Source: Spirochaetia bacterium
Lineage (GTDB): Bacteria; Spirochaetota; Spirochaetia; CADAEX01
DNA: 64,000 nt
Direction of reading: 5' to 3'
Assembly (NCBI GenBank): GCA_963662265.2
Contig: CAXXHA010000010.1
Span: 192,001-256,000 of the forward strand
The position numbers and the translations under genes are program-made. Each line of letters begins with the position of its first letter. Position 1 is the stretch's first letter. Of this stretch, positions 20,082 through 30,276 are shown piece by piece. Below the pieces are notes generated by a model. The model did not search any database. It was not told the DNA's origin and worked only from the letters and a program-made list of their open reading frames with translations.

Positions 20082-20513
20082 ATGGATACAGAAGAAAATT
20101 TACGAAAATTTCAGGCAGATACAGAAAAACTCACACTAAAACAGAAAGCATTCAGACTTTTATTGATCACAGCAGGATCTGTATCTCTTGTCCTCGGGAT
20201 AACCGGGATTTTTCTTCCGATACTACCGACAACACCTTTTCTTCTCCTTGCCGCATTCTGCTATGCAAGAAGTTCCGGCAGATTTTACTCTATGCTGATG
20301 AATAACAGGTATCTCGGAAACTATATAAGAAACTACAGGGAATACAGGGCAATTCCGCTCAAAACAAAGATAGGCTCAATATCACTGCTGTGGATAACAA
20401 TACTTATTTCCGCGTTCATTTTTACAGAGAATCAAATCGGAAGAACAATACTGATAATAATTGCAGCAGCAGTAACCTGGCATATTGTATCAATAAAGAC
20501 ACTGCGGAAATAA
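20082..20513 (+). CDS. YbaN (DUF454) family membrane protein
   Basis: GIFLPILPTTPFLLLAAFCYARSS. Confidence 0.93.
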   Translation: MDTEENLRKFQADTEKLTLKQKAFRLLLITAGSVSLVLGITGIFLPILPTTPFLLLAAFCYARSSGRFYSMLMNNRYLGNYIRNYREYRAIPLKTKIGSISLLWITILISAFIFTENQIGRTILIIIAAAVTWHIVSIKTLRK

Positions 20514-20705
20514 CCATTTATGGAGAATAATGGAGGTTTATTTTCATTAAAATAATGGTTTTAAATTTTTATTTTCTAGATATTTTTATTATTTTACAAA
20601 TAAGGAAAAGCAGAAAATAATCAGATACAGGTCAGTAAATATTGCTGAAATATTAACAGGAAAAATGTGCTTCTGATGATACAGAGGAATGAAAAGGATC
20701 ATGAA

Positions 20706-21212
20706 ATGATCGGGAAAAAAGTTGTTATAAATGATTCAATGCAGAAAGGATATTATTATATCACGGAACCTGAGGGAAAAAACTTTGATCCGGAATTCAA
20801 ACCGGAACTTACACCAAAAGAAATGCTGTCTCTCGGCGTATTCGGGGGGAAATATATGACAGACTGCAGAGGGGAATTTCCTGATCAATGGTTTGAAAAT
20901 GCAAAGCTTTCTCCGGATAAAAAAGATATTTCTCTTAATTACTTCAATGTTGATGCATCGCTGCCGCTGCGTATCTGGCAGGACAGGGGGTGGATTCATC
21001 CGGCAGATCCCAGGGGCTGGTTTCAGTGGTACTGCCGTTATTATATGGGCAGAAGAATGGAGGATGAAGACAGTCGCCAGATAAAAAGATGGAAAGCAAT
21101 GAAGAGACATATCGCTCAGATAAGGAAAAACTGCAGACCGGGAGATATTGAATGCAGAAAAAAACAGAGGCAGGCGCTTCTTCACTGGGCTTATGACAGC
21201 AGGAAATATTGA
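20706..21212 (+). CDS. Conserved hypothetical protein
   Basis: PELTPKEMLxxGVFGGKY, DPRGWFQWYCRYYMGRR, RQALLHWAYD; ATG 20706 follows AAGGA. Confidence 0.85.
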   Translation: MIGKKVVINDSMQKGYYYITEPEGKNFDPEFKPELTPKEMLSLGVFGGKYMTDCRGEFPDQWFENAKLSPDKKDISLNYFNVDASLPLRIWQDRGWIHPADPRGWFQWYCRYYMGRRMEDEDSRQIKRWKAMKRHIAQIRKNCRPGDIECRKKQRQALLHWAYDSRKY

Positions 21213-21453
21213 GAGGAATATTCCGGGTATCAGAGGCTGCTCCCTATTTAATTTTTTAAATATTTGCAATTCTCAAGATTTAAAGATATTATTTAATAAT
21301 AAAACCAATCCTGTATGTTTTCAGCTGTTGTATTAATTCTGTAGGATCTGTTAGTAAAGGATTTAAAGGCAGCGGTAAAATTTAGATATTCCGGAATTCC
21401 ATTTTTCATCAGCCTTTATTCAAATATATAATTTCAAAATCAGGGATTTTAAA

Positions 21454-22356
21454 ATGGCAGATAAAGATATCTATGAAAAAATCATTGAGAATCTTCATGA
21501 CGGTCTCTTCTTCATCAATCAGGATAATATAATCACATACTGGAACAATGCTGCAGAAAGAATTACTGGATACTCAGCTGAGGAAATAATTGGAAAATCA
21601 TACACCGAGACTTTATTAAGCTATTATGATGCAAACGGAGAAATAATCGGCAACAATTTCTGCACGATACAGACCGCTATTTCAGAGGCTCTCCAGGTTG
21701 AAACTGATTTATATATTATTCACAAGAACGGAAAAAAAATACCTGTATCTGTAAGGGTTAGCACTCTGAAAGATAACAATGACAGGATAATAGGAACAAT
21801 AGAACTCTTTACAGATATCAGTACAAAAACAGTCAATGAACTACGTATCAGGGAACTTGAAAAAATGGCGCTAATCGACAATTTGACAATGCTTGCAAAC
21901 CGCCATTATATAGAACGGGAGCTGAAAAGCAGATTTGAGGAAAAAAAGCGGTTTAATATACCTTTCGGAATACTGTTTGCAGATATAGATAATTTTAAAA
22001 ATTTTAATGATACATATGGCCATCTGACAGGGGATGAAGTTCTAAAAAAAGTATCAGAAATATTCATATCAAACTCAAGACCTTTTGATCTTTTCGGAAG
22101 ATGGGGTGGAGAGGAATTTTTGGGAATTATCCGCAATATCAACGGACAGGACCTTCTCAATCTCGGAGAAAAAATGAGAAAACTTGTCGAAAAATCAGAT
22201 ATACAGAATAGCAATGGCAAGCTTAATGTAACAATATCTATAGGGGCAACACTCGTAAAATCAGAAGACAATGTCAACACCCTTATAGACAGGGCAGACA
22301 ACCTGCTGTATGAGAGCAAGGAAAACGGAAGAAACCGTCTATCATCAGATATTTAG
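21454..22356 (+). CDS. PAS-domain diguanylate cyclase
   Basis: WNNAAERITGY (PAS); DIDNFKNFNDTYGHxxGD; RPFD I-site; GGEEF. Confidence 0.95.
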   Translation: MADKDIYEKIIENLHDGLFFINQDNIITYWNNAAERITGYSAEEIIGKSYTETLLSYYDANGEIIGNNFCTIQTAISEALQVETDLYIIHKNGKKIPVSVRVSTLKDNNDRIIGTIELFTDISTKTVNELRIRELEKMALIDNLTMLANRHYIERELKSRFEEKKRFNIPFGILFADIDNFKNFNDTYGHLTGDEVLKKVSEIFISNSRPFDLFGRWGGEEFLGIIRNINGQDLLNLGEKMRKLVEKSDIQNSNGKLNVTISIGATLVKSEDNVNTLIDRADNLLYESKENGRNRLSSDI

Positions 22357-22418
22357 AATAATAAAGATATCGATGAAAATTCATAAACACAGTTTCAAGG
22401 ATTCCTTATAATAAACAG

Positions 22419-23120
22419 ATGAAAAACAGAATAATCGGATTTGATGCAGATGATACATTATGGGTAAATGAACCATATTACAGAGAAACAGAAAAAGAAT
22501 TTGCAGATCTTCTTTCAGGTTTCTATCCAGAAGAGACCGTAAACAGGGAACTTCTGAAAACAGAAATTGCCAATATACCACTCTACGGTTTCGGGGCAAA
22601 AGGATTTACCCTGTCTCTCATTGAGACAGCCCTCAGGCTGAGCAGCAACAGAATAGAACAGGAAAAAATCGGGAAAATCATAGACTTATGCAAGGCCCTC
22701 ATCAACCGCCCCCTGATTCTTCTGGAGGGAGTTGAAGAGACGCTTGAAAAACTTTTCACGAGCGGTTACGGAATGGTTGTTGCCACAAAAGGAGACCTCC
22801 TTGACCAGCAGAGAAAACTCAAAAATTCCGGACTTGAAAAATATTTCGATCATATTGAGATAATGAGTGACAAGAAAGAGAGAGACTATCTGAATCTCAC
22901 AGAAAGACTCGGCATAAGAACTGAAAATTTTGTAATGATTGGAAACTCGCTGAAATCAGACATTCTGCCTGTTATCAGGATCGGGGCATCTGCTGTTCAT
23001 ATTCCGTTTCATACAACATGGGAACATGAAAAAGCAGAAGTTTCAGAAGAAGAAAAGAATAAATATATTGAAGCAGATCATATTAACGATGTAATCAGGA
23101 TTCTGGAAAATAAATATTGA
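22419..23120 (+). CDS. HAD family hydrolase
   Basis: FDADDTLW, TKGDLLDQ, MIGNSLKSDI. Confidence 0.93.
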   Translation: MKNRIIGFDADDTLWVNEPYYRETEKEFADLLSGFYPEETVNRELLKTEIANIPLYGFGAKGFTLSLIETALRLSSNRIEQEKIGKIIDLCKALINRPLILLEGVEETLEKLFTSGYGMVVATKGDLLDQQRKLKNSGLEKYFDHIEIMSDKKERDYLNLTERLGIRTENFVMIGNSLKSDILPVIRIGASAVHIPFHTTWEHEKAEVSEEEKNKYIEADHINDVIRILENKY

Positions 23121-23264
23121 AAAAAAATAATTCTTAAATAAGAATTATATAGGGAAATAATTTATATAAAATCAGGAATTTTCTGCCGGGGGTTTCAATT
23201 CCGGATAAGTTGATATTTCCGCCGGCACCTGCAATAAAAATAAAATTATTTTCGGGAGGTTTAT

Positions 23265-23786
23265 GTGAAAACTGCTGTTGTTTACAAATCAGTATCTGGC
23301 TTTACAAGGAAATATGCGGAATGGATATCGGAAGAACTTGGCTGCGATATCTATGAGCTTTCCAGGTTTACAGGGAAAAAAATAAAAACCTATGATGCTT
23401 TTATTTACGGCGGCCCGCTTCATGCTGTAGGTATATCAGGATTAAAATCATTCAGAAGCAGGATAGGAAAAGCTGATGGAAAAAAAGTTATCATATATGC
23501 CTGCGGCGCTTCTCCTGAAAATAGAAAAGTGCTTTCTGATATTGAAAGAAAGAATTTTCCTGAACAGAGGAAAGAAAACATATCATTTCATTACCTTAGA
23601 GGCGGCTTCAACTACAGCAAGCTCAATTTAACAAACCGCCTGATAATGTCAATGATGAGAAACATGCTTGAAAAGAAAAAAGACAGAACTGAAGAGGAAC
23701 AGCAAATGCTTGATTCCTATGACAATCCTGTAGACTTTACACAAAGAGAAAATATAAAACCGCTTATTGAAGAACTTCTGACATAA
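23265..23786 (+). CDS. Flavodoxin-domain protein (HemG-like)
   Basis: YKSVSGFTRKYAEWI, YGGPLHA, YLRGGFNYSKL. Confidence 0.9.
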   Translation: MKTAVVYKSVSGFTRKYAEWISEELGCDIYELSRFTGKKIKTYDAFIYGGPLHAVGISGLKSFRSRIGKADGKKVIIYACGASPENRKVLSDIERKNFPEQRKENISFHYLRGGFNYSKLNLTNRLIMSMMRNMLEKKKDRTEEEQQMLDSYDNPVDFTQRENIKPLIEELLT

Positions 23787-23853
23787 GAGGGGATAATATT
23801 CAGTATTTTTGGAATAAAACCACTGATCAAGGTTTTCAGAAACCGGGGGAAAT

Positions 23854-24351
23854 ATGGATTTAAAAGATGTATTAAAAAAAGCAATTCAGGGAGAAATTGA
23901 AGGAAGAGAACTGTACAGAATGGCTTCAGAAAAAAGTGATGATGAAAAGGCAAGGGAGGTTTTTGCTTTTCTTGCGGAAGAGGAAAATTCACATATCACA
24001 GCTCTCCAGTCAATTTATAAATCATTTATTGATGAGGAAGAACTTGCCATAGCTCTTCCTGATAAAAAAATAACTCTGGATAAAGCGGACAATCCTATTT
24101 TTTCAGCGAATTTCAAAGAGAGACTAAAGGGAAAACATTTTGAAATCTCAGCTATTTCAATAGGGATGAAGCTGGAAATGGATTCATACAAATTTTATTC
24201 AGAAATGGCTGAACAGGCATATGACATAAAATTAAAGGAATTTTTCAAAAGCTTGTCTGACTGGGAAAAATCCCATTACAATGCTCTGAACAGGGAAATG
24301 GAATCTCTCCAGAATGATTATTTTGAAATGAACAACTTTGCACCCTTCTGA
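23854..24351 (+). CDS. Ferritin/rubrerythrin family di-iron protein
   Basis: Two ExxH motifs (EENSH, WEKSH). Confidence 0.9.
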   Translation: MDLKDVLKKAIQGEIEGRELYRMASEKSDDEKAREVFAFLAEEENSHITALQSIYKSFIDEEELAIALPDKKITLDKADNPIFSANFKERLKGKHFEISAISIGMKLEMDSYKFYSEMAEQAYDIKLKEFFKSLSDWEKSHYNALNREMESLQNDYFEMNNFAPF

Positions 24352-24377
24352 TTTAAGCCGGCTCTTCATATCATTAT

Positions 24378-24407
24378 AAACTCTCCGCAAAGCCGGGGAG
24401 TTTTTTT
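24378..24407 (+). terminator. Intrinsic terminator
   Basis: aaactctccg caaagc cggggagtttttttt. Confidence 0.75.
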
Positions 24408-24556
24408 ATAAAACTGGCCAATAAGAAAAACAGTTAAAAATATAAAAAACCTATTAACCGGCAACAGGTGCAGAGGGATTGCAATATTCAGCTTTTTTAA
24501 AAGAAAGGGTGACATAAATGATATCCTGCAGGAACTGGATACAACAGGATTGCAGT

Positions 24557-25420
24557 TTAACAGAGCTGTTCACACAAAGCAGACTGCATAAGAATATCTT
24601 TCCACTCATCTTCATATGCCGGGAAAAATTTCAGGAGGAATCCCCCCCTGTGACAGAATATTGTCTCTCCTACATCTGCCCTGCAGAAATCAAGGTTATC
24701 ATAACCGTGATTTGTCCTGAAAAGTGTTCTTGAAGCTTCATCATCCTCATCAAATGAATAAACAGCATCTGCAGTATAATTATCAACAATATCCTTATCA
24801 GCCGACCGGGTTGCCTGGAAAAGACCTTCAGGCGGCCTTTTGTTGTAAACAAGCACCTTAAGCCCGGCAATCTCCTTTATCCCGACATTTCCATCTTCAG
24901 ACAGCCATTCAGCTGCAAGAAGGCATTTTTCTTCAAAACTGATTTTTTCCTTAAGACCTTCGGTAAAAATACCTGTTATCAGGCGCGGATCCTCTTCAAA
25001 AGCCTTTAGAACAATATTCTGGGGAAATGAAAAATACTTTCTGCTCTCATCCGATGTTTCAAAATCTAATAAAGCTTTCTGCCCCTGGGTATCAACTTTT
25101 GAAACAAGACTGATATATTCATTAAGCTTGCTCCCTTCAAGTTCCGGGAAAAAATAGTCAAAAACAAGCTTTGCTGAACAGGAAAGGTTTATGTCCTGAT
25201 GATGATCAAACATCCTGTTATCAGGATCATATAAAAGGCCGCAGTCTATGAAATATGTATCGCTTTCGTAATCACCTGTTTCGGCAAGAGCTGCAGCTTC
25301 CTGAGAATTCATTCTTGTTATTTCTTCGGGAAGTTCATTCCTGTAAACTGCAATCAGTGATATAGCAAGAAGTTCATCCATATGGGCTTTACCATGGTGA
25401 GTTATTATTCTGTATCCCAT
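24557..25420 (-). CDS. MYG1 family protein (DHH-like hydrolase)
   Basis: THHGKAHMDE, IDCG, FDHHQ, FCHRGGF. Confidence 0.8.
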   Translation of the reverse strand: MGYRIITHHGKAHMDELLAISLIAVYRNELPEEITRMNSQEAAALAETGDYESDTYFIDCGLLYDPDNRMFDHHQDINLSCSAKLVFDYFFPELEGSKLNEYISLVSKVDTQGQKALLDFETSDESRKYFSFPQNIVLKAFEEDPRLITGIFTEGLKEKISFEEKCLLAAEWLSEDGNVGIKEIAGLKVLVYNKRPPEGLFQATRSADKDIVDNYTADAVYSFDEDDEASRTLFRTNHGYDNLDFCRADVGETIFCHRGGFLLKFFPAYEDEWKDILMQSALCEQLC

Positions 25421-25691
25421 TTTATCTCCGGTAATATCTAAATATCTAATTCATAGTATGATTAGAGTGTACAAGTCTAATGACAGGGGATAAAATAATA
25501 TATAGAAAAAAAGACTGAATTTAAATACTTTCATACATGAATCATTGCATAAACTTTGATTATTCAGTTTTTTTACAGATAGAATAATTATTTTCATATG
25601 AAATTTTATTTATCAGAATTGTTTATCAATTTCCTGTTGAATAAAATACTGTAACCACATGGACGGCAAAATCAGAAAAACGGAGATCAGA

Positions 25692-26321
25692 TTGAACATT
25701 GAAAGACTTAAACTGGCAGAACAGATGTTTTTTAAAAAATATCCCGAAGGATTCAATGCTCCGGAAATGCTGGAAATAGCAAAAAAACACAAACCGGAAA
25801 AAATGCATTCAATGGCACGGGAATTTTTCAGTAGAGAGAATTTTTCAAACCCTGAAAATATTGTAGAAAACATGATTAAAATCATAACAAGATCTTCAAT
25901 GGTTTCTGTTTTTGAAAAACCTAAATTCCGCGATTATGCAAGGTCCCTTGAAAAAGGGGAAAAACTGGTACTTGCAAAAGGTCTTGAAGACTTTCTTTAC
26001 AGTAACCAGGAAGCCGGATTTTCAGCAATAGTTGATATTCTCACTCCCGGGAAAATAGCAAAATGGCCTGTAATAACAGTGATACCTGAATACTTTAATC
26101 CACAGTGGGAAATATTTGTAAAACCTACAACAGCAAAGAATGTCCTTTCCTTTTTTGATATTCACGATCCTGTATACAGACCTAAACCGACTTTTGATTT
26201 CTACACAAAATACAGAGATATAATAAACAGCATGAAGAAAGAGGTTTCTGAATCTCTTGCTCCATCCAATGCGGCATTCTGCGGATTTCTGATGATGATA
26301 ATGGACCCGGAACAATGCTGA
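25692..26321 (+). CDS. Conserved hypothetical protein
   Basis: TTG start after GGAG; FFKKYPEGF, AKWP, FVKPTT, NAAFCGFLMM. Confidence 0.8.
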   Translation: MNIERLKLAEQMFFKKYPEGFNAPEMLEIAKKHKPEKMHSMAREFFSRENFSNPENIVENMIKIITRSSMVSVFEKPKFRDYARSLEKGEKLVLAKGLEDFLYSNQEAGFSAIVDILTPGKIAKWPVITVIPEYFNPQWEIFVKPTTAKNVLSFFDIHDPVYRPKPTFDFYTKYRDIINSMKKEVSESLAPSNAAFCGFLMMIMDPEQC

Positions 26322-26364
26322 ACAGAATTCTACAGAAACCGGAACACAGGAGAAACAGAAACAA

Positions 26365-26847
26365 ATGAAAATACTGTATATTTTTACAGCACTCTGCATT
26401 GCAGCTTCTTTTCTTACTGACAGGAAAAAAACAAAGCAGGCATTTAAAAAAGCCCTTAAAAAATTTGAAAAAATGATACCTCCCTTCCTCACGATGATTA
26501 TTGCAATATCAATAGTCCTCTATTTCCTTTCAGACAGAGTACTCCTTAATATACTGGACAACAGCAACCGCACAGTATCTGTCATGCTCGCATCTCTTCT
26601 GGGTTCTATATCTTTCATGCCGGGATTCATAACCTATCCATTGTGCGGCCTGCTTCTTGATAAAGGGGTAAGCTACACAGTACTTTCAGCATTCACCACA
26701 ACTCTGATGATGGTGGGAGTTCTTACATTCCCTGTTGAAAAAGCATACTTCGGAAGCAGGGTAACTGTTATCAGAAACCTGATAGGTTTCATTACAGCAC
26801 TTATTGTGGCATTTGCTACAGGACTCTTCTTCGGGGAGATTTTCTGA
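26365..26847 (+). CDS. Permease subunit (DUF318/ArsP-like, two-gene type)
   Basis: GSISFMPGFITYP, TTLMMVG, PVEKAYFG. Confidence 0.8.
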   Translation: MKILYIFTALCIAASFLTDRKKTKQAFKKALKKFEKMIPPFLTMIIAISIVLYFLSDRVLLNILDNSNRTVSVMLASLLGSISFMPGFITYPLCGLLLDKGVSYTVLSAFTTTLMMVGVLTFPVEKAYFGSRVTVIRNLIGFITALIVAFATGLFFGEIF

Positions 26848-27369
26848 TGAAAAAGAATTTAATAATCAAAGGAATTATTATACTGCTCTACGGCTGTTTT
26901 CTTGCATGGTCATGGTTTACAGGTTTTAAACCGGGGATTGAAATAGGAAAAACTTTTTCCCATTTTGTATCAGACCTTATAAGCATTATCCCATGCGTAT
27001 TCATACTTCTGGGACTTTTTGAAGTGTGGGTAAAAAGGGAAACTGTTGAAAAACATCTGGGAGAAAAATCATCCTTCCTGAGTTACATATGGGTAATTCT
27101 TCTCGCGGGAACAACCGTGGGGGGGGCTTTATCTGGCATTTCCTGTTGCCTATACACTTTATAAAAAGGGGGCAAGGCTTTCCGTTATTTTCACATATAT
27201 AGGTGCATCTGCTGTATGCAGGATTCCGATGACAGCGTTTGAAGCATCATTCCTGGGGCTGAAATTCACACTTGTAAGGCTTTCTGTATCAGTACCTCTT
27301 ATCATACTCAGTTCGCTGATTCTTGAAAAATTTCTGAAAAATAAAAACTTTGAAATAAATGAGGGATAA
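26847..27369 (+). pseudogene. Second permease subunit, frameshifted in a G8 tract
   Basis: Removing one G at 27119-27126 gives TVGGLYLAFPVAYTLYKKGA...CRIPMTAFEASFLG...stop 27367-27369. Confidence 0.85.
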
Positions 27370-27371
27370 GA

Positions 27372-28046
27372 ATGTTAAGAAAAGAAATAAAAATAATTTC
27401 AAAAAAAGGCATCAGCTATCAGCTTGAAAACGGAAAAATCCTTAAATTCAAACCATGGCTGGGGGACCTTTTTGCCTTCAAATATGATGAAATAATGGAG
27501 AAGTCAATTTTCCCGAAAAAATTCAAATCCGACATGGTGAAACATGAAAACACTATCAGGTCGGAGTTGAAAGATATTCATGAAAAAATGGTACTGGAAC
27601 TTGCCTGCGGAAGCGGCAGCCTCTCAAAACAGCTGCCTGAAGACAATATCTATACAGGAATCGATATCAGCCCGGGGCTTGTAAAAAATGCGGTTAAAAA
27701 GTTCAAATCGGAAGGATTCAAGGATGCCCGTTTTTTCATATCTGATGTTTCAGATCTGCCGTTTGAAGATAACAGCTTTGACATATGCATATGCAGCCTT
27801 TCGCTCAATTTTTTCCCGGACACAGAAAACACAGCAGAAGAAATTTACAGGGTACTGAAGCAGGGAGGATGTTTTTTCTGCTGTGTTCCAGTCCCTGAAA
27901 GAGTGCCGGAAGGAAGCACAGTAAGGGGGACTCTTCACACAGAAGCTGAACTTGAAAAGATTTTCACAGGAAGACATTTCAGCTTCAATTCCTTTTCAGA
28001 CCAGTTAAACGGGGCGCTGCTATATTTCAAGGCAGAAAAAACATAG
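27372..28046 (+). CDS. Class I SAM-dependent methyltransferase
   Basis: LELACGSG, GIDIS, LPFEDNSFD, RVLKQGG. Confidence 0.9.
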   Translation: MLRKEIKIISKKGISYQLENGKILKFKPWLGDLFAFKYDEIMEKSIFPKKFKSDMVKHENTIRSELKDIHEKMVLELACGSGSLSKQLPEDNIYTGIDISPGLVKNAVKKFKSEGFKDARFFISDVSDLPFEDNSFDICICSLSLNFFPDTENTAEEIYRVLKQGGCFFCCVPVPERVPEGSTVRGTLHTEAELEKIFTGRHFSFNSFSDQLNGALLYFKAEKT

Positions 28047-28127
28047 ATTTCACTGCTCAGCCGATACTGATGAAAAATGAGCAGGAAGTGAAATCCCCAT
28101 TATAAAATACCGGAGGTTTTATAAAAA

Positions 28128-29156
28128 ATGGGAAAAATAAGACTCAACCACTTATTCAATTTTATTTTTCCTGTCACATTTTTTATACTGCTTTTAAGCA
28201 GCTGCTATAAAAGTAATTCTCTCGAAAAAATACCGCCTGAAGAAGCAGGTTTTTCATCAGAAAAGCTTGAAAAAGTTTCAGCTCATGCTGATAAAGCCGG
28301 GGCTTCTGCAATTATTGCGTTGTATGACAGTAAAGTGTTTTATTCATGGGGAAATGTTTCTAAAAACATTCCCTGCCATTCCATCAGGAAACCTTTTCTG
28401 GGAGCATTATACGGGATCTTTATCGAAAGGGGACTAATAAATCCCGGTATGACTGTCGGGGAACTTGGAATTGATGATATTCCCCCGTCACTGACAGCCT
28501 CAGAGAAAAAGGCAACAGTTAGAGACCTTCTAATGTCAAAGTCGGGAATATATCATGAGGCTGCTTCTGAATCTGAAAAAATGAAAAGACTCAGACCGGA
28601 AAGGGGAATCCATGCACCGGGAACCTTCTTCTACTACAACAACTGGGACTTCAATGTACTGGGGACTTCATTTGAAAAGACAACAGATAAGAAAATATTC
28701 AGTTCCTTCAAAAAGGAGATTGCAGATAAAATCGGGATGGAGGATTTCAACCCGTATATATGCTCTTACAAATATGAAAGAAAGCTGTCAAAGCACCCTG
28801 CCTATATTTTCAGGATGTCTGCAAGAGACATGGCAAGGTTCGGCCTTCTATGTATGAATTACGGTAAATGGAAAGGAAAGCAGATAATCCCGGAAGAATG
28901 GATAAGGGAAAGTACAAAGAGCCATTCGTTCAAGTGCCTTAACGGGGATGACTACGGATATCTCTGGAGCATTATACCGGAATCAGTTTTTCCGGGGGGA
29001 GGATTTTACCATACAGGTTTTAAAAACCATTTCCTGGGGATTCTTCCGGATGAAAAACTCGTTGTTGTATACAGGGGAGAGGGTGATCAAGGAGTGGAAC
29101 AGGATGCGGCACAGATGAGAGAGATTCTTTTCATGCTGTATAATGCGAAAAAATGA
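28128..29156 (+). CDS. Serine hydrolase, beta-lactamase family (probable lipoprotein)
   Basis: SxxK (SIRK), YNN, HTG; LSSC lipobox. Confidence 0.9.
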   Translation: MGKIRLNHLFNFIFPVTFFILLLSSCYKSNSLEKIPPEEAGFSSEKLEKVSAHADKAGASAIIALYDSKVFYSWGNVSKNIPCHSIRKPFLGALYGIFIERGLINPGMTVGELGIDDIPPSLTASEKKATVRDLLMSKSGIYHEAASESEKMKRLRPERGIHAPGTFFYYNNWDFNVLGTSFEKTTDKKIFSSFKKEIADKIGMEDFNPYICSYKYERKLSKHPAYIFRMSARDMARFGLLCMNYGKWKGKQIIPEEWIRESTKSHSFKCLNGDDYGYLWSIIPESVFPGGGFYHTGFKNHFLGILPDEKLVVVYRGEGDQGVEQDAAQMREILFMLYNAKK

Positions 29157-29157
29157 G

Positions 29158-29256
29158 GGACATAATTTCGTCCATTCATTCGCCGGCCTCTACGCCTTCC
29201 TTGGCTGGCCGGCATAATTTCGTCCATGAAATTAACCGCCGCGGTTTGCGGCGGCT
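29158..29256. repeat. Multi-hairpin palindromic element between convergent genes
   Basis: cataatttcgtccat twice (29161, 29213); gccggc pair; ccgccgc/gcggcgg stem. Confidence 0.6.
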
Positions 29257-29349
29257 TATATCTGATATTAATTTTTAAGGGCAGAACATTTAAACTCTGG
29301 AACCGGAAGCTCTTCAGGCTGCTGTATCAGGATTCAGCGCCCTGTTTTA

Positions 29350-30276
29350 TTACCTTTCCCCCCTGATATAGGGCTCCCCGAGATGTGCGGGAGCATTCAT
29401 TTTCCTGTGCCCCTCCTTGCTTATGCCGTAGAGGAACAGCACGGCAAGAGTCGTGAGGTATGGGAGCATACCAAGGAAATTCGGAGAAATCCCTAGCGGC
29501 TGGAGAAGATACTGGAGTACAAATATTCCTCCGAAAATGTAGGCCCCTGCAAAAGCTTTCCTCGGATCCCACATGGCGAAAATTGTAAGAGCCACAACTA
29601 TCCAGCCCCTTCCTGCAATCATCCCCTCGATCCAGGACTTGCTGTATGCAATGGAAAGATGAGATCCCGCAAGCCCCGCAAAAGCACCTCCGGTCATGAC
29701 ACAAAGATACTGAACTACCGATGCATTCACCCCCTGTGTTTCCGCAGCCCTTGGGTTCTCACCGACAGTCCTCACTGCAATACCGCCCCTTGTCTTGAAG
29801 AGAAAAAACCATGCAGCAATCCCGAGAATAACTGATATATAAAAATAGGGATCATGATTAAAAAGAATATCACCTACAACAGGGATATCACCCAGTAAAG
29901 GTATTTTAACAGCTGCCATTTTCATCTTGAGAGGTTTACCGATATATGGTTTGCCCCACAGGCCGCTTATTCCAAGGCCGAGCATTGTGAGGGCAAGGCC
30001 GGAGACTACCTGGTTTGCCTTGAGAGTGATACTTACAAAACCGTGGACCAGCGAAATCAGCGCGCCCATCACAATGGATGCAAACATTCCAAGCCATGGG
30101 TTTCCGGTAGTAAAAGTTACTATAAACCCGGAAACAGCGCCAACAGCCATCATCCCCTCTATACCGAGGTTCATCACACCGCCTCTCTGTGTTATTACTT
30201 CGCCGACAGTCCCGAGAAGAAGAGGCGTACCTGCAATAAGAGTTCTTTTCAATATTGATATAATTATCTGTTCCAT
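29350..30276 (-). CDS. Nucleoside-type ABC transporter permease (NupC-like)
   Basis: GVMNLGIEG, GENPRAA, GRGWIVVAL, MLPYLTT. Confidence 0.93.
   Translation of the reverse strand: MEQIIISILKRTLIAGTPLLLGTVGEVITQRGGVMNLGIEGMMAVGAVSGFIVTFTTGNPWLGMFASIVMGALISLVHGFVSITLKANQVVSGLALTMLGLGISGLWGKPYIGKPLKMKMAAVKIPLLGDIPVVGDILFNHDPYFYISVILGIAAWFFLFKTRGGIAVRTVGENPRAAETQGVNASVVQYLCVMTGGAFAGLAGSHLSIAYSKSWIEGMIAGRGWIVVALTIFAMWDPRKAFAGAYIFGGIFVLQYLLQPLGISPNFLGMLPYLTTLAVLFLYGISKEGHRKMNAPAHLGEPYIRGER

Noticed and set aside
1-29156. Integron cassette array (many small co-oriented GNAT/detox genes, several stops followed by AAC)
   Set aside because: No integrase, no paired RYYYAAC/GTTRRRY attC hairpins that I could confirm, and many genes have their own promoters or opposite orientation.
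28128-29156. Beta-lactam resistance gene
   Set aside because: The motifs fit the broad esterase/amidase serine hydrolase family, with nothing specific for beta-lactamase activity.
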